The notes under the pieces: model-generated
The model's database searches: none
What the model saw: only the letters and a program-made list of their open reading frames with translations
Told to the model about the DNA's origin: nothing
DNA from: an uncultured Pseudomonadota bacterium
GTDB lineage: Bacteria > Babelota > Babeliae > Babelales > CAIQNR01
Direction: 5' to 3'
Assembly: GCA_964570505.1 (NCBI GenBank)
Contig: CAZMYL010000001.1
Location: 143,501 to 207,500, forward strand
DNA: 64,000 nt
Shown: piece after piece, positions 19,254-25,980 of the stretch
How positions within the stretch are numbered: position 1 is the stretch's first letter
Layout of the letters: each line of letters opens with the position of its first letter
Translations under genes and position numbers: made by a program

Positions 19254-20579
19254 ATGAAAAAGTTGAATAAAGTTGTCATTATTGGAAGAACAAATGTAGG
19301 AAAATCAACTCTTTTTAATCGTTTGTCTACTTCAGTTAAAAGTATGACACTTGATTATATGGGTGTTACTCGAGATTTTATTTCTGACACTGTTAGTTGG
19401 AAAGATAGATCATTTGAGTTAATTGACACAGGTGGTATTGATTTTAAAAAAGGTCTCGATTTTTTAACAGAAGCGATTCGTGAAAGAGCTGTTCAAGTAC
19501 TTGAGTCATCAGATGTTGTTCTTTTTGTTGTAGATGGAGCAGCTGGAGTTACGTCAGAAGACCAAACATTAGCACGTTTTGTACATAAGCTTAAAAAGCC
19601 TACATTGTTACTTATTAATAAAGGCGATAGTCATGCTGCTCAAGAAAATGAAAGTGAATTTATAGCACTTGGCTTTGGTTATCAAAATACTATTTTAATT
19701 TCTGCACAGCATGGTACTGGTATAGCTGATATTTGTGAAGGTATTTTAGCAAATCTTCCAGCGCAGGAAGATATTCCAGATGAAGAGCCAGGATATAAAG
19801 TAGTTTTGCTTGGAAAGCCAAATGTTGGAAAATCATCATTAATGAATGCTCTTTTGCAAAGAGATAGATCATTAGTTTCTGATATTGCAGGCACAACTCG
19901 AGAAGCAATTCGTGACCGTATGCATTTTTATAAAGAAACGATTGAAGTTGTTGATACTGCTGGAATTCGCCGTCAAAGATCAGTTGATGAAACTATTGAA
20001 GAAATGATGGTAAGAACATCATTTGGTGCAGTAAGAGATGCAGATATTGTTTTATTACTTATTGATGCTCATGAAGCACAACTTGCTCATCAAGAACTTA
20101 AACTAGCATCATATGTTTTTGAACAAGGTAAAGCGCTCATTATTATTCGTAATAAACATGACTTGGTTGATGAAGATATTCAAGAGCAGTGGAAATACGA
20201 TACCGAAGAATATGATCATTTACTACGAAAAATAGAGGTACTTACTGTTTCATGCACAACTGGTCATAATATTGGAAAAATTTTACCGCTTGTTAAAGAA
20301 GTTTGGGAGCGTTATACACATAATTTTTCAGCTGCTTATTTAACAATGATTTTTAAAGATGGTTTAGAGCGAACGCCGCTTTATCATAATAAGCATAGGC
20401 TTAAGATGTTCTCTGCAAAACAAGTTGGTATTAAACCTCTTTTAATCCGTTTAAATGTTAATGAGCCAGATTGGTTTGAAAGTAGCCAGCAAAACTTTTT
20501 TGAAAATCTTTTGCGTAAAGATTATAACCTTAAGAGTGTTCCGGTTAAGTTTAATTTACGAAGAATGTTTTTTGATTAA
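19254..20579 (+). CDS. der: ribosome-associated GTPase Der (EngA)
   Basis: Two tandem GTPase domains (GRTNVGKSTLFN...DTGG...NKGD and GKPNVGKSSLMN...DTAG...NKHD) plus a KH-like C-terminal domain. Confidence 0.9.
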   Translation: MKKLNKVVIIGRTNVGKSTLFNRLSTSVKSMTLDYMGVTRDFISDTVSWKDRSFELIDTGGIDFKKGLDFLTEAIRERAVQVLESSDVVLFVVDGAAGVTSEDQTLARFVHKLKKPTLLLINKGDSHAAQENESEFIALGFGYQNTILISAQHGTGIADICEGILANLPAQEDIPDEEPGYKVVLLGKPNVGKSSLMNALLQRDRSLVSDIAGTTREAIRDRMHFYKETIEVVDTAGIRRQRSVDETIEEMMVRTSFGAVRDADIVLLLIDAHEAQLAHQELKLASYVFEQGKALIIIRNKHDLVDEDIQEQWKYDTEEYDHLLRKIEVLTVSCTTGHNIGKILPLVKEVWERYTHNFSAAYLTMIFKDGLERTPLYHNKHRLKMFSAKQVGIKPLLIRLNVNEPDWFESSQQNFFENLLRKDYNLKSVPVKFNLRRMFFD

Positions 20580-20612
20580 TTGTTGAATAATACTAGTATA
20601 TATTTGATATTT

Positions 20613-20656
20613 AGATAATAAAAAAGCCTCTGTTATAAGAGGCTTTTTTATTATCT
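20613..20656. terminator. bidirectional hairpin terminator between der and the convergent 144-aa gene
   Basis: AGATAATAAAAAAGCCTCT GTTATA AGAGGCTTTTTTATTATCT: a 19-bp perfect stem with A/T runs on both sides. Confidence 0.75.
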
Positions 20657-20664
20657 AAGATAGT

Positions 20665-21099
20665 TTAGTTGGTTTTAGAAAGTTCATTTTTTTGTTTTTG
20701 GATTTCTTTATCAGGCATTAATTGAGCATTAAAAGCTGCAATTGCTTCTTTAGAAACACTTGTTAATATTTCTTTAGTCTTTCCTATTCCATAATCTCTG
20801 TCATATGAGCGTGGATGAATTTTTGTCATATCTTTCAAGTCAATATGCATAGCTCGGCCATTGATATAATCGCAGTGGCCATTCCAAGATTTTTCTGTAA
20901 ATATTTGTTTTGCTTCTTGTGCAGTTGAAATATTTGGTTGTGCATGCAAAAATCCCAAACCCATAGGTTGAGCATAATTATATAAAAGCATAAAGGCATG
21001 ATATTGCGACATACCTTCTGGCGCGCTAAAACTTTGAGATTCTGATCCATATGTTGAACTTACTATGCAAGTTAAGAGTAATAAGTTTAATTTTTTCAT
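20665..21099 (-). CDS. hypothetical exported protein, 144 aa
   Basis: Signal-like MKKLNLLLLTCIVSSTYG. It lies inside the segment bracketed by the duplicated der 3' ends and is preceded by upstream module copy B. No family recognised. Confidence 0.6.
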   Translation of the reverse strand: MKKLNLLLLTCIVSSTYGSESQSFSAPEGMSQYHAFMLLYNYAQPMGLGFLHAQPNISTAQEAKQIFTEKSWNGHCDYINGRAMHIDLKDMTKIHPRSYDRDYGIGKTKEILTSVSKEAIAAFNAQLMPDKEIQKQKNELSKTN

Positions 21100-21146
21100 A
21101 CATTGCCTTATTATATTGAGAGATTAAAATATATTTCTAAGTAAAA

Positions 21147-21188
21147 GTATATCAGGGGGTAAAGTCAAATTCTTTCTTTATTAGATTT
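21147..21188 (-). promoter_or_regulatory. conserved upstream module, copy B (TTGACT, C5 tract, TGATATACT)
   Basis: The minus strand reads AAATCTAATAAAGAAAGAATTTGACTTTACCCCCTGATATAC(T). TGATATACT matches the extended -10 form seen at other genes here. Nearly identical to copy C apart from tract length. It lies about 50-90 nt upstream of the 21099 start. Confidence 0.5.
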
Positions 21189-21203
21189 ATGCAACCGTGC
21201 TTG

Positions 21204-21240
21204 AAGTCTTTTAAATATCTTCATAATATTTAAAAGACTT
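21204..21240. repeat. palindromic repeat element, copy H1
   Basis: AAGTCTTTTAAATAT CTTCATA ATATTTAAAAGACTT: a perfect 15-bp stem with a 7-nt loop. Related copies are at 22132-22167 and 23491-23548. Confidence 0.7.
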
Positions 21241-21304
21241 ATTTTTATTTAAATGAGCAGAAAACCCCAAGTTTTTTTAAAACTGGGGATGAATGGTCAT
21301 CCTT

Positions 21305-21416
21305 ATTGGTTTGAAAGTAGTCAGCAAAACTTTTTTGAAAATCTTTTGCGTAAAGATTATAACCTTAAGAGCGTTCCGGTTAAGTTTAATTTACGTAGAA
21401 TGTTCTTTGATTAATT
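21305..21416 (+). pseudogene. orphan duplicate of the der 3' end (last 36 codons plus stop)
   Basis: The 112 bp align without gaps to der 20470-20581 (offset 835) with 4 mismatches. All four are synonymous in the der frame. No der body lies upstream. An ATG at 21289 creates a 41-codon relic ORF. Confidence 0.8.
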
Positions 21417-21441
21417 TTTAATATTTATATACTACTTACAA

Positions 21442-21469
21442 ATAAAGGCCTCTTTAAAGAGGCCTTTAT
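21442..21469. terminator. bidirectional hairpin terminator
   Basis: ATAAAGGCCTCTTT/AAAGAGGCCTTTAT is a perfect palindrome lying between the der relic and the stop of the convergent 175-aa gene. Confidence 0.65.
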
Positions 21470-21471
21470 AG

Positions 21472-21999
21472 TTATTTATTAATAATTGAAGATACAACAG
21501 AAATAAAATCTGGTTGGTAATATGGTAATTGAGGTCTTTCTAAACAATCTAATGTCAAATCTGTATGTATTGATAATGTTTCAATTTCTTCTGCTTTTAT
21601 TTTTATATATTCTAATTGTGCATTTTCTTGATTATTGCCATCTTGAAGATGTGTTGCACGTATTTCTATATCTATATTATCATATAAAAATAAAATTTGT
21701 TTTCTATGAAATTTAAAATAACGATAATATGTTGAAAATGATCCAGAAGATATATATTCTTTCATTTTTTTAAAATTATATAAAGTATAATAAATGTGAT
21801 GGGCCATAGAATCTCTTTTTTTATCATCACATAGATTTGCTAAATTAAGATAAAGAGCTGTATTTTTCTGTATTAACTCAATATCTTGTGTGTGCCACGA
21901 GATTAAAAAATTCCGTTTGTCTTTCTCAGATACATGCATTTGAGGAGAGCATTGATTTTGTGAAAAAATAAGAAATAATAAAAATGATTTTTTTGTCAT
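21472..21999 (-). CDS. hypothetical exported protein, 175 aa
   Basis: ORF with a hydrophobic N-terminus MTKKSFLLFLIFSQNQCS. No family recognised. Confidence 0.5.
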   Translation of the reverse strand: MTKKSFLLFLIFSQNQCSPQMHVSEKDKRNFLISWHTQDIELIQKNTALYLNLANLCDDKKRDSMAHHIYYTLYNFKKMKEYISSGSFSTYYRYFKFHRKQILFLYDNIDIEIRATHLQDGNNQENAQLEYIKIKAEEIETLSIHTDLTLDCLERPQLPYYQPDFISVVSSIINK

Positions 22000-22131
22000 A
22001 TTGTTCTTTTTTGAAATATATTTTGATATAAATCTTTGCGCTATAATAAGTGATATTTTATAGTATAATTTCTACAATGCAATTTTAAATAATTGAAATA
22101 ATGATTTGTGGCAGAATGTTGTAATGTTTTT

Positions 22132-22167
22132 TATGAGCAAAAAATAAGTCTTTTAAATATGATGAAG
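22132..22167. repeat. left direct repeat / half-copy (H2) of the palindromic element
   Basis: TATGAGCAAAAAATAAGTCTTTTAAATAT (22132-22160) recurs at 23491-23520 with one extra A. The following GATGAAG is the reverse complement of the H1/H3 loop CTTCAT(A/C). Confidence 0.65.
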
Positions 22168-22283
22168 TCAAATGTTGCCTAGTCATGAATTTTACGACAT
22201 TTTTTGTTTTATGATTAAGTTCAATAGAAGATAATTTATGTACATAATGATGTGATATATAAAAGTTAAAAAGAATTTTTAAC

Positions 22284-22313
22284 TTGACATAGTTCTCATT
22301 ATCCTTGTATTTT
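22284..22313 (+). promoter_or_regulatory. sigma-70-type promoter candidate for the ATPase gene, with operator-like repeats
   Basis: TTGACA (22284-22289), an 18-nt spacer, then TATTTT. A 10-bp-arm palindrome AAGTTAAAAA-GAA-TTTTTAACTT (22263-22285) overlaps the -35. TTCGAATTT occurs twice (22312 and 22325) just downstream of the -10. Confidence 0.45.
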
Positions 22314-22355
22314 CGAATTTAGAGTTCGAATTTTCAATGATAATAAGGATTATAA

Positions 22356-23495
22356 ATGAATAGAGAAAAATATTTAGCTTTAATTGAGCGACAATTTAAT
22401 GTGCATCCTGTATGTGCTATTCTTGGTCCTCGCCAGGTGGGAAAAACAACACTTGCTCACCTTTATAGTCAGCAGAAGTATAAAAATGATGCTATTTTTT
22501 TTGATTTAGAAAATCCAGAAGACTTGGCTCGATTAAGTAATCCTATGCTTGCACTCAATGGGGTGTCTCAATATTTGATTGTTATTGATGAAATTCAGTT
22601 AAGGCCAGATTTATTTCCTATACTTCGTGTGCTTGTTGATGATAAAGGTTTTAATCATAAGTTGCTTATTTTGGGTAGCGCATCTCGTGATCTTATCAGT
22701 CAATCGTCAGAAACGCTTGCAGGTAGAATTGGTTATTTAGAGTTAACGCCATTTATGCTTTTTGAAGTTCATGACATGAGTAGGCTTCTCCTTCGTGGGG
22801 GCTTTCCACGTTCTTATTTAGCATTATCTGATCAAGATAGTTATGAGTGGCGTAAAAGTTACGTTATGACATTTTTAGAGCGAGATATTCCAAATTTTGG
22901 TTTTTCTATTCCTGCGCAACAGCTGCGTCGTTTTTGGATGATGCTTGTGCATTATCATGGTCAAGTTTTAAATTATAGTGAGCTTGGGCGGTCTATGATG
23001 CTTTCTGACAATACTATCAAAAAATACATAGAAATTTTAGCAGGGACTTTTATGATTCGTTTGCTCTATCCATGGTTTGAAAACATTGGAAAGCGACAGG
23101 TTAAAGCGCCCAAAATATATATTCGTGATACGGGGATTTTTAATTTTTTAGTGGGTATGTCTACTTATGATGCAATGATGTCTCATCCTAAACTGGGAGC
23201 GTTATGGGAGGGGTTTGCGCTTGAAGAAATAATCTCAGTTCTTGGTTGTGCACAGGAAGAAGTATTTTTTTGGGCAACTCATGCGGATGCAGAACTAGAT
23301 TTATTTGTAGTAAAAGATGGAAAACGTTTAGGTTTTGAATGTAAATATTCTGATGCCCCAAAAACTACAAAATCAATGCATAGTGCAGTTGAAACATTAC
23401 ATTTAGATCATTTATATGTTATTTATCCCGGTAAGCAGCAGTATGGTTTGACTGAAAAAATTACGGTTTTTGGACTTGAAGTCTTTAAAATATGA
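22356..23495 (+). CDS. AAA+ ATPase of the AAA_14/DUF4143 type
   Basis: 379 aa with Walker A GPRQVGKTTLA and Walker B LIVIDEIQ. The C-terminal half has the DUF4143-like pattern (…LERDI…, …LYPWFENIGKRQVKAPKIYIRDTG…), typical of the widespread stand-alone ATP-binding protein family. Confidence 0.75.
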   Translation: MNREKYLALIERQFNVHPVCAILGPRQVGKTTLAHLYSQQKYKNDAIFFDLENPEDLARLSNPMLALNGVSQYLIVIDEIQLRPDLFPILRVLVDDKGFNHKLLILGSASRDLISQSSETLAGRIGYLELTPFMLFEVHDMSRLLLRGGFPRSYLALSDQDSYEWRKSYVMTFLERDIPNFGFSIPAQQLRRFWMMLVHYHGQVLNYSELGRSMMLSDNTIKKYIEILAGTFMIRLLYPWFENIGKRQVKAPKIYIRDTGIFNFLVGMSTYDAMMSHPKLGALWEGFALEEIISVLGCAQEEVFFWATHADAELDLFVVKDGKRLGFECKYSDAPKTTKSMHSAVETLHLDHLYVIYPGKQQYGLTEKITVFGLEVFKI

Positions 23496-23548
23496 GCAAA
23501 AAAATAAGTCTTTTAAATATCTTCATAATAGTTAAAAGACTTATTTTT
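23491..23548. repeat. right direct repeat plus full palindromic element (H3); probably also the terminator of the ATPase gene
   Basis: TATGAGCAAAAAAATAAGTCTTTTAAATAT contains the ATPase TGA stop. AAAAATAAGTCTTTTAA ...15 nt... TTAAAAGACTTATTTTT forms a 17-bp perfect stem (23500-23548), followed by T-rich sequence. Confidence 0.7.
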
Positions 23549-23569
23549 ATAATTTTTGTTTATGGTCTA

Positions 23570-24367
23570 TTATTTTATAGCGGAAACGTCTTTTGAATAT
23601 TTTCGTACTGCTTTAAGAACATCAGCAACTGTTGAGGCATAAAGACAACTATGTGTTTTGGGTTGCGCTGCATCTGTATAACGTTTTTCAAAAGGAGTTA
23701 AATGTTCAGTAGACGGACATTTAGATTTTTTTAAATTTTCTACCATCTTTTGCATATCATTAAGAACAGAATCTTGAGTAGATGGAATATCTGCGCGTGT
23801 TAAAGATTCAGCTATTTTATTAGCATTTCCTAAGATTCTTAAAGCAGGATTTTTACAAAAAATGCCATTGACTTGAAAATCTGATTTATTACCAATAGTT
23901 TGTTCTTTTTCTGAAAGGGTAGAAAAAATATATGCGTAGTATCTGAGTAGAGCATTCATTTCGAGATTAAAATTTTCACGTGCTATCTCATATGAATCAT
24001 TTTTATGATATCGTGATGAGTTTAAGAAACTATGAAAACTACCTATTGTTTCTTGAAAATTACCAAGAATTGTACCCATAGGATTTTTATGAAAATTATT
24101 TAAATTAAGCTCAACATCTACATGATACATAATTTCATCAAAAAGAAGAGCATATTCACCTTGTTGAAATTTAGGGATATTTTGATCGATGAGGTGACCA
24201 TATTTTTTCATTAAGTTTTGTAGGTGTTTATTGCAATCAATAGGCTGTCCTGTTAAAGGATGTACTGGCACTCCTAAATTGGTATGGGTAGCTTGTTTAT
24301 TTGATTCGGATGCATCGATGCCGTTGATGCAAGATAATAAAATAGTAAGTATTAATAATTTTTTCAT
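23570..24367 (-). CDS. hypothetical exported protein, 265 aa
   Basis: Signal-like MKKLLILTILLSCINGIDA. Preceded by upstream module copy C. No family recognised. Confidence 0.6.
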   Translation of the reverse strand: MKKLLILTILLSCINGIDASESNKQATHTNLGVPVHPLTGQPIDCNKHLQNLMKKYGHLIDQNIPKFQQGEYALLFDEIMYHVDVELNLNNFHKNPMGTILGNFQETIGSFHSFLNSSRYHKNDSYEIARENFNLEMNALLRYYAYIFSTLSEKEQTIGNKSDFQVNGIFCKNPALRILGNANKIAESLTRADIPSTQDSVLNDMQKMVENLKKSKCPSTEHLTPFEKRYTDAAQPKTHSCLYASTVADVLKAVRKYSKDVSAIK

Positions 24368-24477
24368 TTTGAGCCTTTAGTTAAAAATTTAAACCTATTA
24401 ATTCAATTGAGAATGAGTTTTTCTTAAAAAATCACTATAATTGAATTAATAAAAAGCAATATATTACAAATAGAAGT

Positions 24478-24522
24478 GTATATCGGGGGGGGGTAAAGTC
24501 AAATTCTTTTTTTATTAGATTT
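24478..24522 (-). promoter_or_regulatory. conserved upstream module, copy C (TTGACT, C9 tract, GATATACA)
   Basis: The minus strand reads AAATCTAATAAAAAAAGAATTTGACTTTACCCCCCCCCGATATAC. The G9 run at 24485-24493 is the longest G/C homopolymer in the window. It lies about 110-155 nt upstream of the 24367 start. Confidence 0.45.
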
Positions 24523-24627
24523 TTGTAATAGGCTTATAAAAATAAAAATAAGGTTTTTACAAAAGACAATTTTTTAATTTTATATACTCTGAGTTTTTAT
24601 TCGATATATAACTTTTTAAGGATAATA

Positions 24628-25911
24628 ATGAATATATTTTTTAGTTTTTTGCCTATTATTTCATTTATTGGGACGTATGTAGGTTCAGGAATTTATTTTT
24701 CATATTTAGGAGTAGATAAAGCTTTTTATCAAGTTTCTCCTATTGCTGCAATTATGCCAGCTCTTTTTTGTGCATGGATATTTTTTAAAGGTAATACTTC
24801 TGACCGTATGAAAGCCTTTATTGATGGAGTGCGTCATCCTGATATTATTACTATGTGTGTTTTATTTTTTTTAGCAGGTTCATTTGGATCGGTAACTTCT
24901 TCCATTGGAAGTGTTGATGCATTGGTAAATATGGCTATTAGTACAATACCTTCTCAGTTTTTGATTATTGGTATTTTTATAGCATGTGCTCTTATTTCTA
25001 CAGCAATTGGTACGTCTATGGGAACTATTGCAACATGTGCGCCTCTTGCTGCTGGTCTTGCTCATAGTGGTGTATTTTCTATGACACTTGCAATGGCCAC
25101 AGTAGTTGGAGGATCTATGTTTGGAGATAGTCTTTCTATGATTTCAGATACTACTATTGCAGCGGTGCTTTCTCAAGGCGCTGATATGAAGAAAAAATTT
25201 AAAATAAATGCTATTGTTGCGTTGATTGCAGCCTTTATTACGATAGGTGTTCTTTTAATGCTTTCTCATGATGGTGTTATTGTAGAACATCATTCAGCAT
25301 CTTTATTACTAGTTTTCCCTTATATTTTTCTTATAGTGCTTGCATTTTTAGGTATTAATCCATTTGTTGTTCTTTTTTTAGCATTAGTAGTTGCATGGGT
25401 TGTTGGTTATATTGATCATTCTTATTCATTATTAGAATTTGGCAAAGATATTGATGCAGGGTGTAAAGGTATGCATGAAATTGCATTGCTTTCTCTTTTA
25501 ATTGGGGGGCTTTCTAGCCTTTCAAGTAGTGCTATTAACTTTATAAGTTTATTTATTGAACGTTGTATTGGATCTTTGAAAAGTAAAAGAGCGGGTCAGT
25601 ACACAATAGGATTTCTTGTTGGTTTGTGTGATCTTTTTATGGCCAATAATACAATAGCAATTATTTTTAGTGGGAAAATAGCAAAAGATATTGCTCAGCG
25701 ACAAGCTATTCCAAGTCATTATACTGCAGCTTGGTTAGATATTTTTTCGTGTGTAACTCAAGGACTTATTCCTTATGGGGCGCAAGTTCTTCTTGCAAGT
25801 TCAATTGGAGGAGTTTCTCCTTTGAGTATTATTTCAGAAATATATTATTGTTATGCACTTTTTGTTGTTGCTGTTATATATATTGGTACTCAGAAAAAAT
25901 TATTAATTTGA
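24628..25911 (+). CDS. NhaC-family Na+/H+ antiporter-like transporter
   Basis: 427 aa polytopic membrane protein. The motif GGSMFGDSLSMISDTTIAAV resembles the NhaC-family GDxxSPISDTT signature. Confidence 0.55.
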   Translation: MNIFFSFLPIISFIGTYVGSGIYFSYLGVDKAFYQVSPIAAIMPALFCAWIFFKGNTSDRMKAFIDGVRHPDIITMCVLFFLAGSFGSVTSSIGSVDALVNMAISTIPSQFLIIGIFIACALISTAIGTSMGTIATCAPLAAGLAHSGVFSMTLAMATVVGGSMFGDSLSMISDTTIAAVLSQGADMKKKFKINAIVALIAAFITIGVLLMLSHDGVIVEHHSASLLLVFPYIFLIVLAFLGINPFVVLFLALVVAWVVGYIDHSYSLLEFGKDIDAGCKGMHEIALLSLLIGGLSSLSSSAINFISLFIERCIGSLKSKRAGQYTIGFLVGLCDLFMANNTIAIIFSGKIAKDIAQRQAIPSHYTAAWLDIFSCVTQGLIPYGAQVLLASSIGGVSPLSIISEIYYCYALFVVAVIYIGTQKKLLI

Positions 25912-25940
25912 TATTCAAAATTTAAGAAAAATTTGATAAT

Positions 25941-25967
25941 AAGAAAGGGCCTTTAATGCCCTTTCTT
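25941..25967. terminator. bidirectional hairpin terminator between the transporter gene and dsbD
   Basis: AAGAAAGGGC CTTTAAT GCCCTTTCTT: a 10-bp stem. Confidence 0.65.
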
Positions 25968-25980
25968 GTCTTAAATTAAT

